This document shows positions 45,215 through 55,917 of a stretch of 64,000 nt of DNA, piece by piece. This stretch comes from Minisyncoccota bacterium (lineage in GTDB: Bacteria; Patescibacteriota; Minisyncoccia; Phycocordibacterales; XYD1-FULL-46-19). The notes beneath the pieces are model-generated. The model was not told where the DNA came from, made no database searches, and worked only from the letters and a program-made list of their open reading frames with translations. The stretch covers positions 42,726 to 106,725 of the forward strand of contig JBBABX010000002.1 of the NCBI GenBank assembly GCA_041657405.1, read 5' to 3'. A program made the position numbers and the translations under genes. Each line of letters starts with the position of its first letter. Position 1 is the stretch's first letter.

Positions 45215-46993
45215 TTATTTAACAAACCCCCCTACTTGAAATTGCCAAAGCTTTTTGTAAAGACTCTTTTCGCGAGCCAATAAATCTTTATGATTTCCTT
45301 CTTCTGCAATTTGTCCCTTGTTGATAGCAATGATTCGGTCAGAATTTTTAATAGTAGACAAACGATGCGCGATGACTAAAACTGTTTTGCCTTTCATCAA
45401 CTCATTTAAAGCTTCTTGAATCATTTGTTCAGAATGAGAATCTAAACTAGAAGTTGCTTCATCAAGCACCAAAATAGGTGCTGCACGCAAAATTGCCCGC
45501 GCGATAGCCACACGTTGACGTTCCCCTCCAGACAATTTAATGCCACGTTCACCCACTAAAGAATCATAGCCATTTTCTAGACGAGTGATAAATTCATGAC
45601 AACGAGCTTTTTTGGCTGCTTCCTCCACCTCTTGATTTGTGGCTTCTGGACGACCATAACGAATATTTTCTCTAATTGAACGATGAAAAAGAATTGGATC
45701 TTGTGAAACCAAACTAATATTTCGCCATAAACTTTCCAAAGTCACTTGAGAAATATCTTGCCCGTCAATAAAAATATGACCAGCTGTTAAGTTGTGCATC
45801 CGCAAAAGCAATTTAATCACCGTTGTTTTGCCAGCACCAGACGGACCAACAAAAGCAACTTTTTCTCCAGAAGCAATTTTTAAATCAAAATTGGAGATAA
45901 TCTGTCGTGTGTGATGATAGTTAAAAGTTACCCCGTGATATTCTATTATTCCCTCAGTCACCACTAAATTTTTAGCTCCAGGGATATCTTTGATTTCAAA
46001 GGGGGTTTCTAAAATTTGAGTCATTTCTTCGGCATCTGATAGAGATTGAAAAACCCGACGCAAAACATTACCAATCCCCCAAATCCGGTCAAAAATATTT
46101 ATCAAATAAGCTTGAATCATAACAAAATCTCCAATAGACATCACTCCTTGCTGCCACAAATTCACCGCAAAAATAATTATTCCAATTTCCAAAAAAATTG
46201 CCAACAACCCTTGGAACGCGTCAAAATAACTGCCAACGTTCCAGCTCTTCCGTCTGGCTTCTGCTAAACGTCCGGAAGAAATCGAAAAGTTGTCAATTTC
46301 ACGCTGACTCCCGTTAAATAATTTGACATTGACATTGTTGGTAATTGAATCAGCTAACAAACCGGAATTGGTTGTCTCCTCTTCGTTGCGTCTCAAATCA
46401 AATTTAATTTTATAATTGGCAAAAATCAAATTAACTAAAAGAAAAACAACTAACCAAATCAACATACTTAAACCAAGCCAAAAATTTTTCCAAAACAAAA
46501 CAGTTGAAGTAATAATTAATCCAACCGCCAAAGGAATAATATCCCAAAAGATAACATCTGCAACATTCTCAAAAGCCGCGGTAAACCATTTGACTTTTTT
46601 TACAAGAGAACCAACAAAAGTATTGTTTAAAAATGAAGAAGAATGATGATGCAGACAAGCAAAGCAATCATTCGATAAGTGCGCAATTATTTGTGATTCC
46701 AAATAATTAGCACCAAAAGCGGCGCTACGACGAGCCAGCCATTGAAATAAATAAACTCCTAGCAATCCAATCACTATCCAAACAGCTTTTCCCGCCACTT
46801 GGGGCGTCTTTTCTCCTGAAGATAAAATATCAAAAAGAAATTTATAAAAAATCGGCCCGATTGAATCAGCAACACTAACCACAACCATAGAAAAGGAAAC
46901 TAGCAAAGTCGCCGAACGATAATTTCGGATTTGAGCCCAAAAAAAATTCAGGGTGTTTTTTGTTTTTGAATTATAAAAAATTTGCCTAAACAT
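45215..46993 (-). CDS. ABC exporter, fused permease/ATPase (MsbA/lipid A-multidrug exporter-like)
   Basis: Six N-terminal TM helices. The C-terminal NBD has Walker A GPSGAGKTT, signature LSGGERQRVAIARA and Walker B ILVLDEATS. Confidence 0.9.
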   Translation of the reverse strand: MFRQIFYNSKTKNTLNFFWAQIRNYRSATLLVSFSMVVVSVADSIGPIFYKFLFDILSSGEKTPQVAGKAVWIVIGLLGVYLFQWLARRSAAFGANYLESQIIAHLSNDCFACLHHHSSSFLNNTFVGSLVKKVKWFTAAFENVADVIFWDIIPLAVGLIITSTVLFWKNFWLGLSMLIWLVVFLLVNLIFANYKIKFDLRRNEEETTNSGLLADSITNNVNVKLFNGSQREIDNFSISSGRLAEARRKSWNVGSYFDAFQGLLAIFLEIGIIIFAVNLWQQGVMSIGDFVMIQAYLINIFDRIWGIGNVLRRVFQSLSDAEEMTQILETPFEIKDIPGAKNLVVTEGIIEYHGVTFNYHHTRQIISNFDLKIASGEKVAFVGPSGAGKTTVIKLLLRMHNLTAGHIFIDGQDISQVTLESLWRNISLVSQDPILFHRSIRENIRYGRPEATNQEVEEAAKKARCHEFITRLENGYDSLVGERGIKLSGGERQRVAIARAILRAAPILVLDEATSSLDSHSEQMIQEALNELMKGKTVLVIAHRLSTIKNSDRIIAINKGQIAEEGNHKDLLAREKSLYKKLWQFQVGGFVK

Positions 46994-47068
46994 AAAAATA
47001 AAAAGGCTTAATTACCTCATTTTTTAATTATATCATATTTTCAAACTTAAATCAATATCAAATTTAAT

Positions 47069-49150
47069 TTATTTTTTATTTTTGAGTGGTAAGTTTTCCA
47101 ATTCCTTGATCTCGTCCCGTAAAATCGCGGCTGTTTCAAAGTCTAATTCTTTTATTGCTTCGTTTAATTGTTTTACTTTTTCTTTGATGATTTTTTTAGG
47201 ATTATGCCCAAAGAGATTAATGTCAACCGAGAGCATCCTTCCGACTGTTTGAGCACGTTCTTTAGCTAATGATTCAGTGATGTCATGAATTTTTTTCTTG
47301 ATACTTTTCGGCGTAACTCCATATTTTTTATTGTAAGCAAGTTGGATTGCGCGACGACGGTTAGTTTCATCTATCGCCAACTTCATTGAACCAGTGACAG
47401 TATCAGCATACAAGATAACTCGTCCATTAACATTACGCGCGGCACGACCGATTGTTTGGACTAAAGAAACTTCCGAACGCAAAAAACCTTCTTTGTCAGC
47501 ATCAAGAATCCCAATAAAAGCCACTTCTGGCAAATCTAAACCTTCACGCAAAAGATTGACTCCTACTAGGCAATCAAACTGACCCTTGCGAAAATCAGTT
47601 AATATTTTAATGCGGTCTAGAGTTTTGATCTCGCTATGTAAATATTCAGATTTTATCTTTTTTTCTTTCAAAAATTGGGCCAAATCTTCTGCCATTTTTT
47701 TAGTGAGTGTAGTCGCGATTACTCGGTTGCCATTTTTAATTTCTTTTTCCGCCTCCACGATAAAATCAAATACTTGACCATTATACGCTTTGGGACCACT
47801 CAGAGAAGATGCTTTGACTGGCCTAATTTCAATTATTGGGTCAAGTAAACCGGTTGGGCGAATAATCTGTTCAGTAATACCTTTTGAAGCTGACAGACCT
47901 TTTCCCTTGGCGGCCTGTTGACTTTTGTCTATTTCGTATTTACCTGGAGTGGCACTAGTATAAATAATTTGACTAATTTTTTTTTCAAATTCTGGAAATT
48001 TTAGCGGTCTGTTGTCAAGAGCGCTTGGTAGCCGAAAACCGTGCTCAATCAAAACTTTTTTGCGGCTCTCATCACCGGCATACATCCCACGAATTTGCGG
48101 AACTGTCACGTGTGATTCGTCAATAATTGTTAAAAAATCCGGAGAACCGTCATTTTTATGTGGAAAATAATCTAAAAGCGTAGCTGGTGCCTCCCCAGAC
48201 GCGCGCCCGGACAAATGACGAGAATAATTTTCAATGCCGTTGCAATAACCAATCTCTTTAATCATTGCCAAATCATAATTGGTTCGCCTTTTTAACCTTT
48301 CAGCCTCTAAAATTTTACCCTCCTTATCTAATTCAATCAATCTATTTTTTAATTCAATCTTAATGGAATCAATCGCGCGATTTCTTTCTTTTTCTTGTGT
48401 AATAAAATGTTTAGCCGGAAACAAAAAAGCTTCCTTCGGTTGCTGAATAATTGAACGACTAATTGAATCTAAATTTAATATTTCAACTATTTTGTCATCT
48501 TTAATTTTTATGTTAGTTATCATTCTTTCCCCAGGTGACATAATTTCTACCGAATTGCCAATAGCGCGAAATCTACCGGGCAAGAGATCAGTATTGGTTC
48601 GTTCATAAAAAATTCCCACCAAAGATCTGATCAAATCTGCTCGTGAAAGTTTGTCACCACATTTTAAGAAAAGATGACTTTTTTGATATTCTTCCGGACT
48701 ACCTAGTCCATAAATACAAGATACTGACGCCACAATGATTACATCCCGCCTGGTCAATAAGGCTTGGGTTGAAGCATGACGCAGACGTTCTATCTCTTCG
48801 TTTATGCTGGCATCTTTTTCAATATAAGTGTCAGAGGCCACAACATAAGCTTCTGGTTGATAGTAATCATAATAAGAAACAAAATAATGCACAGTGTTGT
48901 TGGGAAAGAAACTTCGATATTCTTGTGCTAATTGCGCCGCCAAAGTTTTATTATGCGCAATAACCAAAACAGGTTTGTTTTGCTCTGCAATTATATTGGC
49001 AACAGTAAAAGTTTTACCAGAACCAGTTACCCCCAAAAGAGTCTGATGTTCCAGACCCTTGCTTAAACCCTTATTTAAAGACAAAATAGCTTTAGACTGA
49101 TCCCCAGCAGGATTAAATTTAGATTTTAATTGTAAAACATTTTTTGACAC
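47069..49150 (-). CDS. uvrB: excinuclease ABC subunit B
   Basis: Helicase motif I is GVTGSGKTFT; a beta-hairpin region and the C-terminal UvrB/UvrC-interaction helix (ELENL...) are also present. Confidence 0.95.
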   Translation of the reverse strand: MSKNVLQLKSKFNPAGDQSKAILSLNKGLSKGLEHQTLLGVTGSGKTFTVANIIAEQNKPVLVIAHNKTLAAQLAQEYRSFFPNNTVHYFVSYYDYYQPEAYVVASDTYIEKDASINEEIERLRHASTQALLTRRDVIIVASVSCIYGLGSPEEYQKSHLFLKCGDKLSRADLIRSLVGIFYERTNTDLLPGRFRAIGNSVEIMSPGERMITNIKIKDDKIVEILNLDSISRSIIQQPKEAFLFPAKHFITQEKERNRAIDSIKIELKNRLIELDKEGKILEAERLKRRTNYDLAMIKEIGYCNGIENYSRHLSGRASGEAPATLLDYFPHKNDGSPDFLTIIDESHVTVPQIRGMYAGDESRKKVLIEHGFRLPSALDNRPLKFPEFEKKISQIIYTSATPGKYEIDKSQQAAKGKGLSASKGITEQIIRPTGLLDPIIEIRPVKASSLSGPKAYNGQVFDFIVEAEKEIKNGNRVIATTLTKKMAEDLAQFLKEKKIKSEYLHSEIKTLDRIKILTDFRKGQFDCLVGVNLLREGLDLPEVAFIGILDADKEGFLRSEVSLVQTIGRAARNVNGRVILYADTVTGSMKLAIDETNRRRAIQLAYNKKYGVTPKSIKKKIHDITESLAKERAQTVGRMLSVDINLFGHNPKKIIKEKVKQLNEAIKELDFETAAILRDEIKELENLPLKNKK

Positions 49151-49210
49151 ACGGCAAGTCTAACATAAAGTTGTAAAAAATAAAATCATTTAATTCTAAA
49201 TCTTTTAAAA

Positions 49211-50371
49211 TTAAAACTGATCGTTAAGAATCCCTCTCCTGATCTCTTTTACCAAGTTTACTAGATAATATAAATTATGAATTGATGCCAAGGTAGCCGC
49301 CAGCATCTCTTTGGCACGAAAAAGATGAGCTAGATAAGCGCGAGAATAATTTTGGCAAGTATAACAACCGCAACTTTTTTCAATCGGTCTTAAATCTTGA
49401 CGATAAGCGGCATTTAAAATATTCAAACGTCCTCCCCTAACCATTAAGGTACCATTCCGCGCCATTCGTGTCGGTGTTACACAATCAAAAGTATCAGCAC
49501 CATTTTTAATTCCCGCAACAATATCTTCGGGTTCCCCAATCCCTAGTAAATGCCGAGGTTTAGCTTCCGGCAAAATTTGGTTAACCCAACTCACTGCTGT
49601 GCCCATATCTTTTTTATTAAATGAACCCCCAATCCCAAAACCAGCAAAATCCATTTGACTTATCACTTGCGCTGATTTTTCACGCAAATCACGGTGACGA
49701 CCGCCCTGGACTATCCCAAACAAGGATTGATTACCCCCGAGTCGCTGGTGTTCATCAAGAGAACGTTTTGCCCAACGATGAGTTCGTTCCATTGCTATAT
49801 TTTGGTAATCATAAGATGCCAAAGGTGAAGTGCACTCATCAAAAGCAAAGATAATATCAGCACCAAGGTTGTGTTGAATCTGTATTGACCGTTCTGGGGT
49901 AAAACGATGGAAACTTCCATCAAGGTGTGATTGGAAAGTTACTCCCTCTTCATCTATTTTAGCCAATTTAACTGTAGGTTTTTCATAATCAGATTTTTCT
50001 TTTGTTGCTTCTTTTTTCCCACCAACAAATTTACTGACTCCCCCTTCACCATAAGCAGCACCAAGAGAAAAAATTTGAAAGCCACCAGAATCAGTCATTG
50101 TCGGGCCAGGCCAATTCATAAACGAAGACAATCCGTTCGCTTCTTTGATTAATTCATCACCCGGTTGGAGATACAAGTGATAAGTATTTGCCAAAACTAC
50201 CGATACCCCCAGAGAGGCTACCATTTCCGGTGTTAAAGCTTTGACCGTAGCTTTAGTTCCCACGGCCACAAAAGCAGGAGTTTCAATAACTCCATGTAAA
50301 GTCTCCAAAAACCCGGCTCGCGCCAAACTAGTTTTTGATTTTTTTTGAACGGTAAATTTAAAATTCTGCAC
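49211..50371 (-). CDS. tgt: queuine tRNA-ribosyltransferase (tRNA-guanine transglycosylase)
   Basis: TIM-barrel Tgt motifs (…LETLHGVIETPAFVAVGT…; DSGGFQ) and a C-terminal zinc site CxCxxC...H (CGCYTCQNYSRAYLAHL). Confidence 0.9.
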   Translation of the reverse strand: MQNFKFTVQKKSKTSLARAGFLETLHGVIETPAFVAVGTKATVKALTPEMVASLGVSVVLANTYHLYLQPGDELIKEANGLSSFMNWPGPTMTDSGGFQIFSLGAAYGEGGVSKFVGGKKEATKEKSDYEKPTVKLAKIDEEGVTFQSHLDGSFHRFTPERSIQIQHNLGADIIFAFDECTSPLASYDYQNIAMERTHRWAKRSLDEHQRLGGNQSLFGIVQGGRHRDLREKSAQVISQMDFAGFGIGGSFNKKDMGTAVSWVNQILPEAKPRHLLGIGEPEDIVAGIKNGADTFDCVTPTRMARNGTLMVRGGRLNILNAAYRQDLRPIEKSCGCYTCQNYSRAYLAHLFRAKEMLAATLASIHNLYYLVNLVKEIRRGILNDQF

Positions 50372-50389
50372 AAACTTTGTCGTTCTGAT

Positions 50390-51403
50390 TTATAAATCTA
50401 CCAAATTCTGAGGCTTCCCCGCCACAAAACCTGCGATATTGTCCATTGTTGTATCTAAAATTCGCGTTAAAGCTTCCCAGGTATTGAAAGCATTGTGCGG
50501 TGTTATTATAACATTGGGCATATCAATCAACATATGATTTTGCAAAACAGTCTTTAAATTATGTTGTTCTTCCAAATAACTGCTTAAAAATTCCATTTCA
50601 TCTTTGACAACTCCTTCCTCTTCTAAAACATCCAGACCAGCCCCAGCCAGGTGACCATTTTTAAGAGCTTTAAATAAAGCGTCAGTTTCTACCAACCCTC
50701 CTCGTGCCGTATTTATTAAATAGGCCCCCTTTTTCATTTTGGCGATTGATTCAACATTCAGGAGGTGGTGATTTTCAGATGTATAAGGAATATGAAGAGT
50801 CAAAATATCAGCTTTTGCCAAAACATCTTTAAAAGACAGATACTGATAGTTCATCTGCTTGGCATATTCTTCATTGGGAAATTTATCATAAGCAATAATA
50901 TTCATATTAAACCCTCTGGCAATTTCTATAACATTTCGTCCAATTCGACCAGTCCCGATTACTCCCAAGGTTTTATTTTTTAAATCAAAACCACGCAAGC
51001 CATCCAAACCAAAGCTACCAGTTTCTCTGATTCGGTCATAACTTTCATAAATCTTTCGCGAGAGAGCCAAAATCAAAGCAAAAGTATATTCAGCAACAGT
51101 ATCTTCTCCATAACTTGGCACATTAGCCACTTGAATATTCCTTTGGCGACACAAATCTAAATCGATATGGTCAAAACCAGTGGAACGAGTAACTAATAAT
51201 TTAAGATTAGGAAAATAATTTAAAGTTTCTACGTCTAGACGCGAATCAACAAAAATTGAGATTATGTCCGCATCATTTTCGACCGGTAAATGTTCGGCTA
51301 AAAGAGGGCCATCAATTATAATCTTATTTTCCAACGCTGAAAATTTTTTATTAATATATTCCTTCTGCCATTCCTCTAATTCAAAAAACAAAACTTTAGG
51401 CAT
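50390..51403 (-). CDS. D-isomer-specific 2-hydroxyacid dehydrogenase (D-lactate/phosphoglycerate dehydrogenase-like)
   Basis: NAD-binding GxGxxG (GVIGTGRIGRNV) and catalytic R/E/H-type motifs (…TARGGLVE…, ITPHNA). Confidence 0.85.
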   Translation of the reverse strand: MPKVLFFELEEWQKEYINKKFSALENKIIIDGPLLAEHLPVENDADIISIFVDSRLDVETLNYFPNLKLLVTRSTGFDHIDLDLCRQRNIQVANVPSYGEDTVAEYTFALILALSRKIYESYDRIRETGSFGLDGLRGFDLKNKTLGVIGTGRIGRNVIEIARGFNMNIIAYDKFPNEEYAKQMNYQYLSFKDVLAKADILTLHIPYTSENHHLLNVESIAKMKKGAYLINTARGGLVETDALFKALKNGHLAGAGLDVLEEEGVVKDEMEFLSSYLEEQHNLKTVLQNHMLIDMPNVIITPHNAFNTWEALTRILDTTMDNIAGFVAGKPQNLVDL

Positions 51404-51416
51404 AACTCAAAAAGAT

Positions 51417-53885
51417 TTAACTTTTAATTCCACCTTCAATCATTTTTTCTGCTTTATCAACCACTGAAAGCATTTTAATAATCACATCAGGGTTCAAAGA
51501 CATACTAGTGATACCGTTTTTGACTAAAAATTCAGCGAACTCTGGATAGTCAGATGGCGCCTGTCCGCATATCCCAACATATTTACCACGAGCGCGACAA
51601 CGTTCAATAACCGCGCTAATTAGATCTTTTACCGATGGATCATTTTCATTTCCAATATGTGTCAAAATACTAGAATCACGATCAAGACCTAATGTTAATT
51701 GAGTTAAATCATTAGAACCAATAGACATTCCGTCAAAGATATCTAAAAATTTATCAACCAAAATAACATTAGAAGGAACTTCACACATAACATAAATTTT
51801 TAGATCTTTGTCTTTTTCTCGGTCTAAACCATTCTCAGCCATAATATCAATTACAGCTTGTCCTTCTGCCAAGGTTCGACAAAATGGGACCATAGCTACA
51901 ACATTGGTTAAACCAAGCTCATTTCTAACTTTGGCTAAGGCTTCCACTTCTAACACAAAAGCATCTCTAAATTTAGGATCATAATAACGAGAAGCACCAC
52001 GCCAGCCAATCATTGGATTTTCTTCTTCTGGCTCGTAAAATTCTCCCCCAATCAAGGTCCGATATTCATTTGTCTTAAAATCAGAAAAACGAATAATCAC
52101 TTCATTTGGCCAGAAAGCAGCTCCAATTAGACTGATCCCTTCAGCTAATTCATTCACATAAAAATCTTTTTTGTTCTTACCGGAATACTCCTCAGTTAAA
52201 GCCTCAATCTCCTTTGCCACTTTTTGCGACGAACGATCTTTGGACCGCTTAATTTTTTCAAAATCAAGCAAAGCCTTTGGGTGAATTTTAATATAAGAAG
52301 TGATAATAAATTCCAATCGTCCCAAGCCAACACCAGCCACCGGCAAATAATAATTTTTCATAGCCTCTTCGGGAGAACCCACGTTTAAAACCACTTTGGT
52401 TTTAGGTGAAGGAATTTTATCTAATCGATGTTCAATTATTTTAAACGGTATCTCGTTTTTATAAACCAACCCATCTTTATCAGAAGAACAATCAACAGTA
52501 ACCATTTGGCTGTTCTTTAAAACTTTAGTCGCATTACCAGTTCCAACAATACAAGGCACCCCCAATTCACGAGAAACAATTGCCGCATGACTAGTCCGAC
52601 CACCTTTTTCGGTTATGATAGCTGAAGCAATTTTCATAATTGGCTCCCAATCTGGATCAGTAATTTCAGTAACTAAAATTTCTCCTGGTTTAAAAGAAGA
52701 CATCTCTTTGGTCTGCTTAATTATTCTTACTTTTCCAGTAGCAATTTTTGAACCAATGGCGATACCGCGCGTCAGCTCCATTCCTTTTTTTGATAATTTA
52801 TATTCGCGATAAAGATTGGGGTCAGCTTCAGCGTGAATTGTCTCAGGTCTTGCTTGGACTATAAACAATTCTTTGGTTTTACCATCTTTAGCCCATTCAA
52901 TATCCATTGGCTGATACCGATTGTGTTTCTTAGAAAAATACTTTTCAATTAAAGTTACCCAGGTTGCCAATTGAATAATTTCATCATCATCCAAACTAAA
53001 TTTGATTCGATCATTTTTTTTGACTTTCACTTTCGTGGTGCCAATTTTTCCATAAATCATTTTTTGGTCTTTTTCTCCCAACGTTTTGGACAAAATTGCT
53101 TTATAACCTTTTTCTAGGGTTGGTTTAAAAACCACAAATTCATCAGGTGTAATCTGCCCTTGGACTACCATCTCACCCAATCCATAAGCAGAATTGATTA
53201 CTACGACATTTTTAAAACCGGTTTCTGTATCAATTGAAAAGGCTACCCCGCTAGAACCGACATCACTACGAACCATTTTTTGTACCCCAACCGACAAAAG
53301 CACATCAAACATTGAAAAACCCTTATCTACTCGATAAGAAATCGCACGATTAGTAAAAAGTGAAGCAAAACATTTTTTTACAGCTTCTAAAAGGGCTTTT
53401 TCGCCCGAAATATTGAGATATGTTTCTTGTTGGCCAGCAAAAGAAGCTCCCGGCAAATCTTCTGCCGTGGCTGAAGAACGAACCGCTACGTCACAATTTT
53501 TGGTTTGATAAAATTCTTCCGACATTTGATGATAAGCCGCTAAAATTTCAGTTTCTAAATCTGCCGGTAAATTTTCCTTAAGAATCATTGATCGAATGTG
53601 AGCTCCTCTTTTTTGCAAATCAACCACATTATGAGTGTCCAATCCTTCTAAAGTTTCTTTGATTCTTTCTTTTAAATCAGTCTTTACCAAAAAATAATTA
53701 TAAGCATAAGCAGTAATGGCAAAACCATCCGGAACTTTTACTCCAAGAGGTGTTAGATTGTTAACCATCTCACCCAAGGCGGCATTTTTACCTCCCACCA
53801 GAGGCACATCAGTAATAGATAAATCTCTAAACCATAAGATATATTCCTTATCACGATTATCTTGAACTTTATTTTCCTTGGTCAT
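51417..53885 (-). CDS. ppsA: phosphoenolpyruvate synthase (pyruvate, water dikinase)
   Basis: It has an N-terminal ATP-grasp-like PEP-utilisers domain, a central phosphohistidine domain (GGRTSHAAIVSRELGVPCIVG) and a C-terminal PEP/pyruvate-binding TIM barrel. 822 aa. Confidence 0.9.
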   Translation of the reverse strand: MTKENKVQDNRDKEYILWFRDLSITDVPLVGGKNAALGEMVNNLTPLGVKVPDGFAITAYAYNYFLVKTDLKERIKETLEGLDTHNVVDLQKRGAHIRSMILKENLPADLETEILAAYHQMSEEFYQTKNCDVAVRSSATAEDLPGASFAGQQETYLNISGEKALLEAVKKCFASLFTNRAISYRVDKGFSMFDVLLSVGVQKMVRSDVGSSGVAFSIDTETGFKNVVVINSAYGLGEMVVQGQITPDEFVVFKPTLEKGYKAILSKTLGEKDQKMIYGKIGTTKVKVKKNDRIKFSLDDDEIIQLATWVTLIEKYFSKKHNRYQPMDIEWAKDGKTKELFIVQARPETIHAEADPNLYREYKLSKKGMELTRGIAIGSKIATGKVRIIKQTKEMSSFKPGEILVTEITDPDWEPIMKIASAIITEKGGRTSHAAIVSRELGVPCIVGTGNATKVLKNSQMVTVDCSSDKDGLVYKNEIPFKIIEHRLDKIPSPKTKVVLNVGSPEEAMKNYYLPVAGVGLGRLEFIITSYIKIHPKALLDFEKIKRSKDRSSQKVAKEIEALTEEYSGKNKKDFYVNELAEGISLIGAAFWPNEVIIRFSDFKTNEYRTLIGGEFYEPEEENPMIGWRGASRYYDPKFRDAFVLEVEALAKVRNELGLTNVVAMVPFCRTLAEGQAVIDIMAENGLDREKDKDLKIYVMCEVPSNVILVDKFLDIFDGMSIGSNDLTQLTLGLDRDSSILTHIGNENDPSVKDLISAVIERCRARGKYVGICGQAPSDYPEFAEFLVKNGITSMSLNPDVIIKMLSVVDKAEKMIEGGIKS

Positions 53886-54014
53886 AAAAAAATTAATACT
53901 AGTTAAACAACAAATAATTACTTTTTATTATAACTTATTCCAAGGCAAAAGTAACCCTTCCTTTTTAAAATTTGGGGGGATATTTGGTAAAATATCCAAA
54001 TTTTTTAGTTTTGA

Positions 54015-54881
54015 TTATTCCACCGTTAAGAATTTGACTAAATCTTCTTTAGCTTGCTCTACCGCTTTTTTGTATTTAACTTCAGCTTCAGCTACCTGGC
54101 GATCACGTTCTGAAATAATGACATTTTCAGCTTCAACTATATCTTTAAAAATTTTTTCCCGACCTTGACGTAGTTTAACTAAACGATTTTGCAAACTGTT
54201 TTCAGCCTGAATTCCGTCTCCAATTCCGCACATTTCAACTGCTTTTTGAATTTCTTCTCCTAATTTTTCCTCATAACTGATCAATCTGCTTTCCATTTCC
54301 GTCATTTTTTTGGATTTTAAATTATCTAAGTCTAAACGGTAATTCTTTACTGCCAAATCCGTCAAAAGACGGCGTTCTTCTAACGCGAGATTAACCTTTT
54401 TTTTGTATTGTTCAATTGCTTCTTTTTGCAAATCCGATTCAGCTATTTTATTCAAACGATCAAAATAAACTTTAAGATAATAGTCTTGACGCAATCTAAG
54501 CCAAGCACGTTGGTCGTCATATTTTTGTCTTTCTTCTTGGATTTTCTGATTTTGCACGCCAAGATTAGCGTTAATATTTTGTTGTCTTTCCAAATAACTT
54601 GTTTCTAGTTTTGTCACAGCTTCTTCAAGTTTCTGACAAAATTCTTCTGTTGTAAGTGGCGTTGTCGTTGTACTAGTAGCAATTGTTAAACTTGAAGAAG
54701 CCGTTGAAACAAAAAGGGTTGTGCTTGAGGCCGTTTCGTCCAAATTAGAGTTTGAAAACGGTAAAAAATTGGGCAGCGAAAAAGCTTCTGCCTCTTCTAT
54801 CGCCAAAACAGGTAAAACCAAAGCATTGGCTGACAACATAACTAAAACGAATATTAAAAGTTTTTTAAGGTAACAATTCAT
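54015..54881 (-). CDS. secreted coiled-coil protein with Thr-rich linker (hypothetical)
   Basis: A signal peptide (…LSANALVLPVLAI), a TSTTTTP tract and a long heptad-rich region. It overlaps the upstream putative anti-sigma gene by 17 nt. Confidence 0.4.
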   Translation of the reverse strand: MNCYLKKLLIFVLVMLSANALVLPVLAIEEAEAFSLPNFLPFSNSNLDETASSTTLFVSTASSSLTIATSTTTTPLTTEEFCQKLEEAVTKLETSYLERQQNINANLGVQNQKIQEERQKYDDQRAWLRLRQDYYLKVYFDRLNKIAESDLQKEAIEQYKKKVNLALEERRLLTDLAVKNYRLDLDNLKSKKMTEMESRLISYEEKLGEEIQKAVEMCGIGDGIQAENSLQNRLVKLRQGREKIFKDIVEAENVIISERDRQVAEAEVKYKKAVEQAKEDLVKFLTVE

Positions 54882-55278
54882 TTTCTAAATTATTTAAATC
54901 AAACAAAAAATCGTTAACTTCAATTTCTGCCGCTAGGGCGTCTTCAGCAGCTAAAATTTCCAACTCTCCAACAAAACCTGACTCAATTACCTTGTCTACC
55001 TCGCGAATAATTTGAGCATGAAGAGTTTGGCTGTTGGCAAAAGGATCCCCGCTTGTGCCAAAATCTCGTCCAAATATTCCCAAGACCAAAATTGCCATAG
55101 TCATTATGGAAAAAGATATAAAACTTCGTCTTTTGATCAAATCAACAAAAAAAGAATAGGGTGATAAAATTGGTTCATTTAATTCTTTTAAGATTTGCCA
55201 TAAAAAATCCTGACGTGGTCTTGATTTTTCACGTAAAATAAAAAATAATTTATTTAATTTTTTGTCTTCATTCTCCAT
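54865..55278 (-). CDS. putative membrane anti-sigma factor
   Basis: 137 aa with one central TM helix (FISFSIMTMAILVLGIFG), located 5 nt downstream of the ECF sigma gene. Assignment is by position only; there is no zinc anti-sigma motif. Confidence 0.35.
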   Translation of the reverse strand: MENEDKKLNKLFFILREKSRPRQDFLWQILKELNEPILSPYSFFVDLIKRRSFISFSIMTMAILVLGIFGRDFGTSGDPFANSQTLHAQIIREVDKVIESGFVGELEILAAEDALAAEIEVNDFLFDLNNLENELLP

Positions 55279-55283
55279 GTAAA

Positions 55284-55850
55284 TTATAATAATCCTTTAT
55301 CTTTAAAAAAACTCTTAAGTGTCTGGATGGAACGTGAACTAATTTGTCTAACCGCTGCTTCATTTTTGTCTATAATTTCAGCAATATCTCTATACGAAAG
55401 ACCTTCTATATAATGCATCACTAGAATCTGACGATCTGGCTCTTTCATCTTTGTGATTGCTTGCCTAGCCAAATGAGCCAATTCCATTTCTTCGGCTTCT
55501 TCTGCTGGATTTAGGGCTTGATCAATAAACTCAATTTGCCAATCATCTGGATCGTTATCTAACATTGGCAAACTTTTCTTTTTGCGAAAAAAGTCAATGA
55601 CTATATTGTTCGCGATTCGATAAAGCCACGAACTAAAAGGTTTATCCCTAAAATGAAAACCGTCCAATGATTTAAGAGCTTTCAAAAAAACCATTTGAGT
55701 CAAATCTTCGGCCTCTTCTCGGTTACCGACTTTAAAAAAAATAAAGCGATAAATTGGTGTAAAATATTGTTCATAAACCTTAGCAAAAGCATGACTATCG
55801 CCATTTTTTGCCTTGTTTATTAAGCCTTTGATTTTTTCCTCTTCTTTCAT
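55284..55850 (-). CDS. ECF-type RNA polymerase sigma factor (sigma-70 regions 2 and 4)
   Basis: Region 2 (…YEQYFTPIYRFIFFKVGNREEAEDLTQMVFLKALKSL…) and region 4 HTH (LSYRDIAEIIDKNEAAVRQISSRSIQTLK). Confidence 0.85.
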   Translation of the reverse strand: MKEEEKIKGLINKAKNGDSHAFAKVYEQYFTPIYRFIFFKVGNREEAEDLTQMVFLKALKSLDGFHFRDKPFSSWLYRIANNIVIDFFRKKKSLPMLDNDPDDWQIEFIDQALNPAEEAEEMELAHLARQAITKMKEPDRQILVMHYIEGLSYRDIAEIIDKNEAAVRQISSRSIQTLKSFFKDKGLL

Positions 55851-55917
55851 AAATAACGTTTAAAACGCCCTATTGTGACACTTAAACAGCCAAGATGGCA
55901 AGAAAATAAAGATTAAA